DNA of 61,735 bases, counting the filler, from Choristocarpus tenellus KU-1152 (Eukaryota > Protista > Phaeophyceae): assembly GCA_964200185.2 (NCBI GenBank). It is 13 parts of 13 records of this genome, joined end to end, with 100 filler letters (N's around TTAATTAATTAA, not from the genome) between each part and the next. Parts side by side here need not be neighbours in the genome. Positions count along the whole stretch, not along the records: positions 1 to 10,740 come from CAXNAD020002746.1; positions 10,841 to 14,450 come from CAXNAD020018965.1; 11 more parts are not named here. One strand, written 5' to 3'. A program made the position numbers and the translations under genes. Shown here piece by piece: positions 1 through 13,326 of this stretch. The notes beneath the pieces are model-generated. The model was not told the DNA's origin. It worked only from the letters and a program-made list of their open reading frames with translations, and made no database searches. How positions within the stretch are numbered: position 1 is the stretch's first letter; each line of letters opens with the position of its first letter.

Positions 1-640
1 GGGTAGTGGTGCGTGTGTGAACAGGGGGGGGTGGGGGGAGGAGGAAAACCACCAGACCATCTATTGATACAAGAGAACCTATGAATGAGTTGACATAATG
101 CCTCTTCATAACGAATCAAGATGCCAAGAATATAGAAATTAAATCCAATGTCCATTTTTTGGAAATTTTCACCTCATTATCACTGGGAAATTAAAGACCA
201 ACCTCTAAAATGTGGTTCATAGGTCTGAACTGTTTGACTGCAGAAGAATAAATCACAGCGATCAACATGCACATTTCATCTTCTCATGCATTGGTTACAT
301 GCTCTGATTCCAAGGTGCTGTCCAACAACACCTCTAAAATCTTGCCTTTACCCTGTAGAAGGCGAGCTCTAATCTTCAAAAGAGTAAAATCAACCACCAT
401 GACAACCACTTCAGACTTGAACACAGGTTGCTCTTTGAGTACCCCACTCAAGGTGTTGATATTTCAACATTTCACTATCCAAAACTCAACCCTCAACAAC
501 TCCGCTGTAAAAGACGCTTGAATCATACTTCAAAGCGATAAAATTAGGCATCCAAAATCTTGCACATTACAAGCATCCCCTCTCCCAGTCACAATGTGAT
601 TTCCCCCTCCCCCCACTAGCCTTCATCCCTCTACATTTAC

Positions 641-2285
641 CTCAAAGCTCTCAAAGTGCTTCTCGAGATAGGTCTTGGCACTCTGAGAGCGAGCCCCGAT
701 AGCCATGGCATAATATTCAAAGTAGTTTCCGCTGGGGCATGTCTGGTACAGGTGTGGTCCGGTCTGATCATGACACGCCACTAGCATGCCCACGCCATAA
801 GGGCGTCTCACATAGCTCTGCGTCGTTCGCTGATTCATATCCGCCAGGTCCAAAACCAGTCGTCCCGCCTGCATGTTAGTCCCGTAGACGTACCTAATGA
901 TACATTAGAAAACCCCCAATTAGGCAAAATTAACACAAGTCTAAGTCAGAATGAGGAAAAACAACACCACAACAAAGACAATCCAGGGCAGCACCTACTG
1001 CCATTGTGTTCTTTTTATATTTCTTTATTCCCTCACTCTCAAGCATGTAGGGTTTTGGATGTTGCAAAAAGGAACATACAATTTATATGCTTACAGTCTT
1101 TTGAGGGGGGTTTAAGCAATACAGTCAGTGGTGGACAGAAAATACCAAGGTAGGCAAGGAGAATTGGGGGAGCAGCCTTCACATTAAAATAAGGACAATA
1201 GTCTCGCAGCCAGAAAAGACTCTTGCAGTGCCCTCCTGCAAAGGTAATGCTGTGGCAACTGCTATTCATATTGCAATCTTGGTGGTGGTGGTGGTCTGGT
1301 TGAGCAAGTACGTGGCTACATCCAGGGGAGTGAGATAGTATCTGAATATAGGTAACTACTGGAGGAGTTTGTGCTGCCTGCTTTTGGTCACCACCCCCCA
1401 ATGGCAAAAAGAGGGCTTCGGGGATTGGGGAATGAGCAAAGATGGAAGTACATTACATATCACACAAAATGACGTGTGTGTGTGTAAAAATTGATTATCC
1501 CCCCCTTTTGTCACCCCCTACCACCAAAGCTCGATGCTTCATTTCTTACTTGTGGTTAAGGCACTCTGTACGCATATACTTGACGAGGACCCGCGCATCT
1601 GCCATAATGCCGGCGATGGCCACCCCCATGTGCTCATCCAGGACCATGATCTTCTTGGTGTGGGAGCTGAGCTCGTTTGGCGATCGCTTCAACCCAGCCA
1701 GCACCACATGCGTTTTACTACGAAGGCCCAGTGATGCGCTTCCCTGCTTCACCGCCTCCATGGCATACTCCACCTTTTTATTAATGCAACAAAGGCGTAT
1801 GGAAACTCTAGTACACAGTTGTTTTTCATGTCTGGGAGGAGTCTGTTTTGTGAATTTCATGCAGTGTGCTTCGATAAGTGAAGGTGGAACAGACTATCTG
1901 TAGAGACGCATATCCTACTCTTGAGCATTAAAAGAGAAGAGCTGTAGGGGGTTATCCCAGAAGGTGAGCATGATTCCCCAAGCGCCATTCTGTGAAGTCC
2001 AAACGTGATTCTACATCTCTCTCAACCAGCAAAACAGAAAGTGATCTTCATGAGCGCGTCGGAGGACACCATGGAGGACGCCTGAAAAGGATCCCAATGG
2101 TCTTTGTGGGAATTAATACACCAACAACGAAGCTTGGCAACAAGAATGTAATTGGTGGGGATGTTTAGGAAAATGACGGAAATGCATCAGGAAAGAGTAG
2201 CAACTCTCCTAGAGAACTTCACCTGATGCAGTCGACCCTGCGGGCTCCAGACCGTGACATCCGTGTCATACTGATTCCGGAACAT
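641..2285 (-). CDS. PSMA1: 20S proteasome subunit alpha type-1/alpha-6, 3'-partial (exons 2223-2285, 1550-1773, 641-893)
   Basis: Spliced GT-AG model reads [21 protein letters not shown]|[12 protein letters not shown]...ECLNHK|YVYG...RRPYGVG...TCPSGNY...[15 protein letters not shown], the alpha-6 signature. The last exon(s) lie off-contig. Confidence 0.95.
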
Positions 2286-2856
2286 GGTTCAAAAGTCTCG
2301 AGAGCTCCCGGCTCAGTTGCACCTCTCCCCTTTAACACCTGGTGCCTTTTCAATTCGGCTTCGCAATAGTAGACTCGTAGGTGAGAGAGGTCCTCTAGTA
2401 TCCTCCGACCCGAGCCTCTCTCGCAGCCTATGAGATTTTCTATTCTTACACCTACAGTGGATAAGAAACGAAATCAGAGAGTAGGTCTCCATTAAGTGAA
2501 GCATTTGATAGGAGTAGAGGCGTGATGGCAACAGGGTGGCGAGTTCTTTGTAGCTAACAGCACCTGCTCCTTAACAGCTTTGAGATGGTAGGATTTCAGG
2601 CGTCTGGTAGTCTTGCTGCACAGAATAGGTCAAACAACGATGCAACTTACCTCTCACCTAGACCCCGAAGCGTCAATATCTTAATCTCACCTCTATAGTG
2701 CAGACACCTTGACTGACCCTCCACTCTTCCCTGGATTTCGATGAAAGGATTAGGACTACAGAGTCATTATTGTAGCGCTACAGAGCAAAACAATTAATCA
2801 TCCACAATCAATTCACGTTTCCCCAAATTTGTACTCGCATCACCTCAAGCAACAAG
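2286..2856. promoter_or_regulatory. Probable bidirectional promoter region
   Basis: 571 bp separate the divergent ATGs of the proteasome gene (2285) and the phosphatase (2857). Confidence 0.5.
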
Positions 2857-3819
2857 ATGACGGAAACTGAGTTCACGCCAAGGATTTTCTCCGGAGGAGA
2901 GGCGCATGAAGTGCTACCAAAGATATTCCTTGGCTCCAAGGTGCATTGTCTGTGTTGAAAAATGTGTTGCCTTCTCTTTGATCCCCAAGCAAATCCCATT
3001 TCCAACCTCACCAATCAACGCGCACTCGGATTTTCCAGGACGCGGCAAGCGATAGAGAGAGTTTGAAAATTCATGGTGTGACCCATATCCTCACCGTCAA
3101 TGGTATGGAGCCCAAGTTCCCCGAAGAGTTTACCTACAGGTGCAGTTTGGTGATATGGTCATGTTGCAATCTTCAACTTGTGCTCAATAACTACTCAACA
3201 CTTTGACCCCTTCTCACTTTCTTAACACCATAACCATATGATATCACACCGAAGGGGAATATCTTCATAGTATGGAACACGTATACTTCAATGCATATCA
3301 ATGCATCCAAACCAGTTAGACTTCTGCCAGCGGTCTTGTGGTTTTCTGGTTCAGTGGGGCATTTTTCCACTTTTTTGTAGTTGAGACATAGCAATATATA
3401 CGAGGCCGCAACAATGAAGACAGCGAGACTTTTGAAGCATCCCCATATGCTAAGCACCACGAACCTAGAGATACAATCTAAATTGCCTGTTTCAACATGA
3501 CAGGGTAATCAAAATGGGGGGTGAGGGTGGGGGCATCTCGGAGCACCTTGGTGAATGTCTTTCTTTCGTGGAAGAGGGCTCTCAAGTCGAGGGTGGTGTT
3601 TTGGTACACTGCACGCATGGCACCGGCCGCAGTGGAGCCATGGCCATCGCTGTGGCTATGAAAGACGCAGGTCTTCATCAAGGAAGAGGGACTATCGGAG
3701 ACTTCGCTACGGCATTCCGTTTGGTGAAGTCCAGACGACCTGGGACAGACCCTCCTCTCTCCTATCAGCAGGAGTTAGCAGAGTGGGAGCGGAGGAGCAA
3801 CGAAACAGTCTCAAGCTGA
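2857..3819 (+). CDS. Small atypical dual-specificity phosphatase, ~167 aa (exons 2857-2940, 3039-3139, 3504-3819)
   Basis: EVLPKIFLGS, GVTHILTV, VLVHCTHGTGRS (HCx5R) and VKSRRP motifs; phase-consistent GT-AG introns. Confidence 0.88.
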
Positions 3820-5709
3820 TTTGACTGAGGATGGAGGGTATGACAAAGGATAGGGAGATGCCTAGACCCCTGGTGAAGGTGCAACTGGTACCTTCATTGA
3901 GTCTCAACATTTTTTTGAAGACCTTCACAGTCATCCCGTCAGTTTTGCAGTTCCTGAATTCCCCTTTCTTTTTGTGTGTCTCCAATTTTCTATGTTTTTG
4001 ATAATGGGTAGAGGAAGAGTATGATGTTGAGGTCTGACCTACACGTATTGGAGTTCCCCTTTCTAGACTCGCCCTTACTGTACCGTGTGCAGATCTCCGA
4101 GGTGGAATGGCATAGTGTTGTCAAGGAGTGTAGGTGAAGCAGGAAAGGTAAGGTTTATTGATGTTGGCACATTTATGCCAATGATGAATTGAAGTATACT
4201 AGCCAGGGTCTCAAAGCCAATAGATGGTGGGCATGAAGCATGTCTCCTGAATCGCACAGATGCTGAAGTGCAGATGTCAGGTGAGTTGTGCATATTCAAC
4301 CCTTACAAGTTTGATGTACATCGCTGCTAATTTTGTACTTCTTGCCCTTCTAGTATCCTACTGAACAGAACATTTGTGGGATAGTTTTTTTCCTGGCATT
4401 TTTTTGTACATACTTATTATAAAATATTAGTAAAGCTGTATTGGAATCGGCAGTAGTGTGGCAAACTGATTAATCCATGAATCTCCTTTTCTCACGAGCA
4501 ATCAGAATTTTAATGTGAAAAACGATGCTTTCATCTTGCAGATGCAGTGCAATGTATCTATATTAATATTTTCAAATCCATTGCAATGACTCCTCCTTCA
4601 TCCAACTGTTGATAGGCTACTGTCTCCAGTCTTTCAGATTGCCAAGGCTTCCCTCATGGCACAGTTTTTGTCTGCCCCTGCATTTGTCTTATACCCTCTT
4701 AACTTAGAAGTTGAAATTGCTTTACTCTGCTTTTGGCAGGGTAAGGCACTACTACTGTCACGATTCCTATTCCATCAACTCTCTCATGCTTGGAGTGCAA
4801 GAACATCACCATTGAGTCTGTTGTCACTATTTAACAGAACAAGAGTTCACCCCCTGCTGATAGTTACAGTGTGCTTGTGGATGCACCAATATTCTGGAAA
4901 ATGAGGACCTTCAGTTGCGCCTCCGTAAGCTATTGATGGAGAGGATATTCTCATGTGTTTTTGGCAGTCATGCCTTCCTTTCCTATATCGACTCCAGACT
5001 CTCTAGTCTGTGCCACCTGCCCGTCTTTCCACTTACTCACATTCAATCTCAACCCTCACCCCCACACTCAGTCCCAAGCTCGCCCACATGTTCCACGCAG
5101 CAAGTGTTTGCAGTCGCTGTGGGCAGCTTGGTGTAGTAGAAAACTTCCTATTCACCCCCTTAGTTTGCTTCTATGAGCACCCAGTACTACCGCAAATAAC
5201 TGATCAGTTTCACTCATTAGCATATCAAGAATCCATTATTATAGTATTTATTTGCTACGATTCGAGGATACGATTATAATCGAAACTGAAAATCGAAAGG
5301 TAACTTTTATTCACTACGTATTTCCTCACACCTATGCATGCTCTGCTTGTAGACCTTGAACCCTTAGACACGATTTGATTGCAATGTACTCTGGAGTGCT
5401 ACATAGAATATTGGATGTTTTCTTCCTGATTTGACTTACAATCATGAACGCTTTTGACTCACAATGCCACATACTATTTCGGATCCATCTCCTTGGCCAC
5501 AAGAAGTTGTTCAAGTGATTATTTACCACCTATCACCAAATGAGAAGCAAAATCAGAAACGTTGATTGAGATTTACTGTTTGGACTGTACTCACGGTAAA
5601 CATGCCTCGGAGGCTTAATGAGTACCCCTATTGCCCCCTGGCACAATACTGCACCTCGGAAAATGTAATACTCGCATGACACAGCTTGTTGTGTTAACAT
5701 TATATGCAG

Positions 5710-6400
5710 CTAGGCATTGTCCAGACAATGGGCATTGTACTGCAAAAGGTCCCAAGTGTTTGGGTGACAATAGATGTTTCAGAGGAAACAGTCTTGGCTG
5801 CTTGCTGAACAACGAATGTTAAGGACCAAATGGTTATGAGTGTCGTCATGAGCAACAAATGGTACAGGGCCGATGATCCCAGGCGTCATCCTAGACAATG
5901 GACTTTACAGAGCAAGTGACTGCAAGATATTTGCATTAGTTGTCAATCAAAGTGGAGAAAATATCACAGATAATATTTTGTGGACTTGTACATTGTGAGG
6001 GAGTGTTGCAAACTTATATTTCTCCTTTTGCATTTGGTACTTCTGTTTTCTTTTTTTTCTGCCTTCAAAGCAGAACTTAATGTGAGGAAATACTTATTAG
6101 TGAGGAATCGACCACTTGTGTTGTTCTGACCAACAGATGTTACAGTGTAGATGAACTTTAGTGTTTGCTTAACAACGGACATTACAGAAGAATGACGCCG
6201 AGCGTTGCCCTGACAACAAGCATTAGCCCAAGCCTAGTGGTAGACATCGGATATATTGTAGAGCAAATGAACTCTGGTGTTCTGTGGACAACAGATGCTA
6301 TGAAGAAACTGAGCCCCCAATACCATCCAGGTAACAGATGCCATGGGTCAGACCGGCCCTTATGCTGTCCTGGATCATGGATGTTACAGGCTGAATGTGG
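5710..6400. repeat. Highly degenerate ~42-bp minisatellite in two blocks (about 5710-5930 and 6115-6400)
   Basis: GACAAC/GACAAT-like anchors at 5724, 5766, 5808, 5851, 5894 and 6129, 6171, 6212, 6243, 6287, 6330, 6373. Confidence 0.6.
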
Positions 6401-9120
6401 AGAATACTGTTCTCATTCCCCACCTTGCACACCTGGAAATATATTTTTTATTTTGTACGATTCCCTAGTGTTGCAACATGCTACAAAGATGCGCTGCTTT
6501 TTTGGACGTCTGGTTGACAACAATGTCTTTGTTGTTTAGGTCTACCATCAACAGAGTGCTAGAATGAAAGCATAGTGAAGGAATGCATGTGAAGTATGTA
6601 GTGAATGGCCAATAGATCCATTCACCCAGATTTGAGGGAGAGGGCGGAGTGATGAATGGTGGGACGGCTGAACCCAATGAGCAAGAAAAATTGAAGGCAT
6701 GCACGGGGCAGTGCAAGTAGTTGTGTTGCAACAGGGCAGAATAAACAGTGCAGTGTGTGCAGTCACTTGGTCATGGGTCAACAGGCTAGGTAGGGTGGAA
6801 GTAGTGGAGAAGAGTCAAACCAACTGAGAGGTAGGCAAGAGTACATCCGAAGGATCTGGACAGAGGGGAAAAATATGCCATTTTGTACAATTAATTACAG
6901 AAATAGCCTTTCTTTGCTGAATTGTGGTTTCACATTATGTGTGGAAAGGGGGAACATCAATTTTGCATACACTGTTGTGTGTACAAAGCAATGAAATAGA
7001 GTGTTCTTTACAGGGTTATTATGGTAGTGACCTCTCTTCGACAATATTTTTTATTCGAAAACTAACAATTCAACTTAGTAGTAGTTCACTACAAAGTGAT
7101 GTGCACACTACTACTACTACATGCTTCTAACCTAGCTTTTTTGCCTTACCAAGGTGGGTGAGGAGGGAGAGAACCATCACAAGAATCTGTTCTTGGTCAA
7201 ATGCCGTAAGTCTTTCATGTCTATAAAACTTTTGAACCAGCTATGTTTCTTGATGGTGGAGTCAAACTTTAAATTATTGTGGTTTTTCTTTCTCCATATT
7301 ATTTTCCTTATCCTAGTGTTTTTATAGTAGTACTACATAGTAGGGGGTGTTACTAGGGCCGCCACAAACGTCTGTAGCGCCACGACGATGTTCAACAGAT
7401 GACCTACCTTACCCAAACTCCGTCAACCAACAACTTGTACAACGAGGATGGGTAGAAAGAAAGGTCGGCAACGTGGGAACTCCTCCTCGAAGGCTCGAAA
7501 GTGAGGGAGTCCTTTTATGTTGCCATGATCTTTGGTACTGGTAGACTCGATTTAGCGTCGATTGCCTAACTTCCATCTTGTGTCACATCAACATCGCCAC
7601 AGTGGGCGTCCAACTTTGCTGACCTTGTCGTCCATTGTACACATATGTGCGGGATACCTTTTCTAGTGCCCACCAATGGGGAGATACACTCCGAGATGCT
7701 AGGGAAGATCTTATTCGGGATAGGGGATCTCTTTACAAGGGTGGAAAGGGGGGTGACAGCGCACCGCCAAGGCTCAGCATATTGGGGCGTGGAACCTTAT
7801 TTGCACTGCTTAACCAACGGGTCAGGGAAGACCAGGCAAGGTTCTTAACTAGATGCAGTTGGGTTGATATACGAAGAGCCCGAATCTCGCTCCTTACATT
7901 GTCAAACTGCCTGGTGCTCCTATCAGGTCTGCAATTCCATGTTCCACTTTCTGACTGGCAACCTCCTGCGACGCCCTAGAGTGTTGCCCAGTTACAATCA
8001 CTATCCTGGGTTAAGCTTTCTAACGATTTCGCAATGCGCAACAGTCTCTGGAGGAGGAAGGGACTGACTTGATGTGATACATCTTTGAAGTCAAAGATTG
8101 CTAGAGGACAGTAGGTCTTGGTACTATCACTTGTATACCCCGCCCTGGGGCATTTCAGACGCACCACTAGGATACCAAAATTTAAACCCACAATTGGCAC
8201 CTGTTCAACCCTGGAGCATTCCCTATTCCAATCTGAACATTTGGTGCAGGTCGCCACGTCGACAGGTAGTGTACTGGCCACTAAGCACTGGCAGTCAAAA
8301 AAGGCAGAGAGGGTCGTGGAGGACGTCCTGCAGCATAATCCCGGACGACCTCGTTCTCTCATGTCATTGTGTATAAGCCAGATAGGTGAGGGTAGTATGG
8401 TAGTGAGGTATTGCTGGGTGTCTATTTCTAAGGATGGAAGACTATTCGCGTCACTTCTACACTCTACTGTATTTTGCATCCCTGCACATGGTGCCCAGGG
8501 TTAGAAAGAAAGACCCCAAGAGTCCTTAGGATTGCTAAGCGGATAATGCTCCTTGCTAGTGCTATGTAAGGGTAGTGTATTCGCTACCATGAACTTGACG
8601 GTTCGTATTGGGTCCTGCAAACTATTATTTTGCAGTATGGGCTTGGAAATTCTCCGTTGTGCATGCGGAGGAGGAGTTGGGTACGACCCATCTAGTTGGT
8701 GGAGCGTAAGAGGACTGCACGGAACAGTGCAGTTTAACAGGACAACGAATTTTAGTGCGATGTAATTGGCGACTTAGTACTCGTGCTCATCTCACCTTGA
8801 ATAGGTTGCACTCTGCACAAGTAGCATCGATTCTACAGAATTGAGAAAATGTTTGAACTGAATACGAGCAGTTCATTCTTCAGCAAAACTGTCAACATTG
8901 ATGTAATTGACATATTTGATCTACAACTCGGCAGCAAGAGCAACCTTTAAGGCAGAAATGCTTGTGCTTTGTACAGATGGAATATTGGAAACAGTATTTT
9001 GATGTGTGGTTCATTCACCCACACGTGTTCATTGTATTTTTTTGCACACAGGGTTCTTGAATAATGGGGGTGTTTCTGCCACTCAACATTCCCCAGGAAG
9101 TATAACAACATTTGGAAAAT

Positions 9121-9350
9121 GTGATACGACATGCTATGGTAGAGAAAAAACACATTACATCCTGTTAGAATTGAATATTCAGTTCTAAAAGGCGATACAG
9201 CATACTATGGTACAGAGTAAAAACCTTACATCCTGTTGGAATTGAATCTTCAGTTCTAAAAGGCGATATAGCATACTATGATACAGAGTAAACACCTTAC
9301 ATCCTGTTGGAATTGAATATTTAGTTCCAAAAGGCGATACAGCACACTAC
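9121..9350. repeat. Tandem repeat, 71-bp unit, ~3.3 copies
   Basis: CATCCTGTTRGAATTGAAT recurs at 9158, 9229 and 9300. Confidence 0.9.
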
Positions 9351-10517
9351 AATGCACCGAGTGCGTCACACAGCCCTAGAGCATTGTGAAGTGCACACTG
9401 ATGACTACAGTGCTTCTCAGAATTATGCTCGATTGCAAATCGTCACAGTAACTTACATCACCACAGAATCATAACTACTGCCACCACCAGAGGTACTACT
9501 AATGCTGGTGTGGTGCTGAGCATTGAAGCCCTTGATACACAAAACTACTTCTACACAATAATTGACGCTATTTTTTGCTGACTCTCCTCTGTCTTTCCTT
9601 TTTGCCTGAATTCAATGAATAATGTGCTTTTGGTGGGACTTTAAGGGATGAATATGACCTCGAGCTGACACGAGCATTGTGAGAGTGGCATGGTGGAAGA
9701 GGGTCGGGTGATACCACCTCATTCCCAGAAGAATGGAACCCATCCGTGCATGCCATTGATGGGGATGTAACCACCGATGTCAAACCCTTCACCATTGTGT
9801 GGCCTGTTATACCCTCGACCGGTAAAGTTCGAAGCTCGTTATGTTCCTGTAATTTTTTTGCGAATATTTTAGGGTAAAGGAGATCAGCAAAAACCGATAC
9901 GTTTTGTACTGTGTAGTGTTGAGTTTAGCATGTAAGGAGTCACTTGAACAAGAGTTACGGACCCAACTCGACCTATCCCTTCTCATCCTATCTAGTGCTC
10001 GGGAAAGGCGTTTATACCCTTCTCCTTCCCTGCGCACCTCTCGGATGTGTCAACCATTGCCTTCCCAAGTCACCTCTATCATGTCCCTAATTTTCGCTAC
10101 GGCCTCCTTTTTTCATTCCATCTCTTGAAAAACCCTGTTTCTTCCTTTCTGGCGCCTTCAAATTGCAATTCCTGCACCTCTTCAGTTTCAGCCGGTAATA
10201 TCAAAATACTATTTCTGAGGAAAGAACTGATAAAAAATATATATATTGCTCTCTGGGCACTTGAAAAAAAATCCCTTTTCTTTTTTTACGAGTTAAGTTG
10301 GTTCAAACGGTCGGATCTAATCGCGATCTTCTCATTCAGTACGTCACGATTACTCGGGCGGTGATATGTATGGGGGTGATAGCCTATGATTTCAGCTTCA
10401 AGCCGGTGTATCGCTTGCTTGGTGTGCCTACCTCTAAGTATTCACCTGTTGGTGTCCACATAGATGTCGGGGGACTTTTTTTGGAAGTTCTGATAGGTCT
10501 CAGATTTTCCTAGGTCT

Positions 10518-10700
10518 GGCTCAAAGTATCTGTGGGGGGTATGTGGTGACTGTCCATTCGGGGCCCATTTTTCCATTTCTCGGTTTTTGTGTTATTTGGT
10601 TGCATGCGTTGGATGGATATAACGTAAGTGCACTTTGCCTGTTCAGGGCCTGAATGGACACCCTGGTGTGGACCCCCCCCCCCCCCAGATACTTTTAGCC
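10518..10700 (+). mobile_element. MITE family B, full length, TSD TCT
   Basis: GGCTCAAAGTATCT...AGATACTTTTAGCC inverted termini, flanked by TCT on both sides. Confidence 0.85.
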
Positions 10701-10740
10701 TCTCACAAGGACAGTACCAAAGACCATGGTTGGAAATCAG

Positions 10741-10840
10741 NNNNNNNNNNNNNNNNNNNNNNNNNNNNNNNNNNNNNNNNNNNNTTAATTAATTAANNNN
10801 NNNNNNNNNNNNNNNNNNNNNNNNNNNNNNNNNNNNNNNN
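10741..10840. other. Artificial contig linker (one of 12)
   Basis: N44-TTAATTAATTAA-N44 all-frame stop linker. Others at 14451-14550, 22587-22686, 27351-27450, 35516-35615, 38142-38241, 41578-41677, 44548-44647, 47480-47579, 50659-50758, 56430-56529, 59056-59155. Confidence 0.99.
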
Positions 10841-10872
<32 letters not shown>

Positions 10873-11094
10873 CAGACAGAACATTCTTGGTGGAGGGGGC
10901 AAAAGAAGGTGAATAATCATAAGAAACCAGGGTAGAAATGCAAGCAAAATCTTCATGAGTAAAAGGAGAGGTAAGGGTGAAGGTTACTAATGTGCATGGA
11001 CCAACTAGCCATGCATGCCGCCAATGTATGAAATTGACACATTCACATCATTTACATCAAATGACGAAAGTACTACTGGATACTCCAGTAGTAC

Positions 11095-11189
11095 CTGTTA
11101 TAACTTCCCTTGTTGAGGATCATTGCATCTTCCATGTCAAAGCCTGTGTAAGAGATTACTGCCACCACTGCATTGGTTCCCTGTACACA

Positions 11190-11228
<39 letters not shown>

Positions 11229-12535
11229 TGTTGGGTGAGAAGGAAGGCATGAAGAGCAAGGTCTCACATGTACCAAGTGAGTGGCAGATTGGGTGTTGGC
11301 ACATACAAAAACCTAGAGGCAACAGAAGTACCACAACGCCCTTAAAACTCACTTGAGCTTACCAATGCAGTGGTACTACTCAACGATGATGATCCCAACC
11401 AGACAGGGGCATTGCACAACACCAGTGCAAAGCCAAAGAACCACACACAACCTGCAACTAAGGTCAAATTGGTTGTCATTCACTTTATGTCTGTACAGAA
11501 GTGAAAACAGTTGTCATCAACACAACAGTTTGCATACTACTTTATACATACTATGCTGGAGTGGTTGTAGGGGGGAATGGGGCTTGAGTGAGCAAGAGAG
11601 ATGTGTAGATATTGGGATACCACTGTGAAACAACAAGCCAATATCCCATGATCTCAACAAAATCAAATGCCAAAGCACTGCCAAGCATAATCATGGCGAT
11701 CATTCCCCAAGTCCCCACATTCTGGCCGAGTTATCAGGAGAGTTGGGGAAGTGGCCCAGCAAGGGTTTGAACTCCAGTCCCCTTTACCTTGTCAAGGTAA
11801 TGAAATACCACTACATCACAAAGGAACTAATCTCATGCAGGACTACCGCCCCAGTGGAATAGAATTACATCCATACCTCAGTATGGTCAAAAAGGAAGAG
11901 GGAGGCAGGAAAGTTGGGGGGGGGAGGGGGGGTGTACAGCAGTATTTTGTATGACCAGTGCCAGCAACCTACAGGCTGATACTAACTACACTGCAGGGTG
12001 TGAGCATGTAGCATAGAACAAAGGTATACTTCCTTTTGATACAATCAAAAACAAAAAAAATAGTTCTCAGCAGAGGTTATCTCTCTGTGCAAATCCGCTC
12101 CCAGTTCCTTCCACAAAGGTAACTATTAAAATCCCCATGTGTTAATCAACTCTTAGCTGGCTCTCTACCTTTCCAAGAATACCTCCCATGTGCAAAAAGC
12201 AAAAACAAGACGCATTCCTATTACTACACACACCAACCCTTGCATACAGTACAGTAGTACAAACATTGACCAATGTGAAGATTATCACAAGCCCTACCTT
12301 TAAACATCCAACAACAAAACAAGATCAATGAACTACAGTGTGTGTGGGCATGCATGTTCAGAGATGACTGACTCTTCACAACAAAGGTTAGGGTTTCAAT
12401 ACCCCCACTCCAACCCCTCACTCCAACCAGCCCCAAAGGTTTGGAGACAACACCAAAACTCACCTGGGGATAGTCATCCAATTGGAACTCCCTGTGGCGG
12501 CGTGTCTGCACAATGGCTGCTTGAGGGAATAGGAC
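11095..12535 (-). CDS. RPA2: RNA polymerase I second-largest subunit, internal exons 12464-12535 and 11095-11180
   Basis: [24 protein letters not shown]|[27 protein letters not shown] matches the Pol I RPA2 hybrid-binding region; GT-AG borders. Confidence 0.85.
11752..11825 (-). mobile_element. tRNA-derived SINE head or tRNA pseudogene within an RPA2 intron
   Basis: Minus strand has A-box-like TGTAGTGGTA, anticodon-arm-like TTACCTTGACAAGGTAA, B-box GGAGTTCAAACCC and ends GGGCCA; the acceptor stem pairs poorly. Confidence 0.55.
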
Positions 12536-13116
12536 CTGGAATGGCAGTTACAACAAAACATATGGGATGAAAGGAGACCCTAACCCTACCGTAGTAGGAC
12601 ATACATAAATAGTAACAAGAGTATGAAGAAAAAACAAAAAAATCTCAAGGCAGTGAGATAGATATTCAGATGATAGTTAACGTTTATATCTTGAACAATA
12701 TCACTTCGAGATTAGTCAAGACAATAGATTATACATATATTTAATAGAGGCTTCAAAAGGGAGAGATACTTACTGGGTGCATAATCAGTAATAACAAAAC
12801 ACCAAGAGTATGGAATATCAACACAGCAAGATTACGTACCAACCGCTGCATTCAAGAGTCAAAGTATCGGAAATGTAAAATATATATATACTTTAGCTAA
12901 AAAAGGTACTCTTAACAGCCAAAAAAAAACATAGCAACACAAGATAAGAATTCCACTATTTTGACCATAGAAACAGCAAGACAAATGACACTAAGAACAG
13001 TACAATCAATGTATGCTACATTTCCATCTGATGTACAGCAGCACAACTCCAGATAACACTTTCAACCTCAGAACTAATCCATCAAGTACCATCTTCAATT
13101 GACTTACTACTATTAG

Positions 13117-13326
13117 TATTATCATCATTATTATTACTGCAATTAACGCGTTCCTATTATTATCATAATCATCATTATATTACTGCAATTAACGCATTCC
13201 TATTATTATCATAATCATCATTATTATTACTGCAATTAACGCGTTCCTATTATTATCATAATCATCATTATTATTACTGCAATTAACGCATTCCTATTAT
13301 TATCATAATCATCATTATTATTACTG
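13117..13326. repeat. Tandem repeat, ~47-bp unit, ~4.5 copies
   Basis: TATTATTATCATAATCATCATTATTATTACTGCAATTAACGCRTTCC repeated. Confidence 0.92.
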
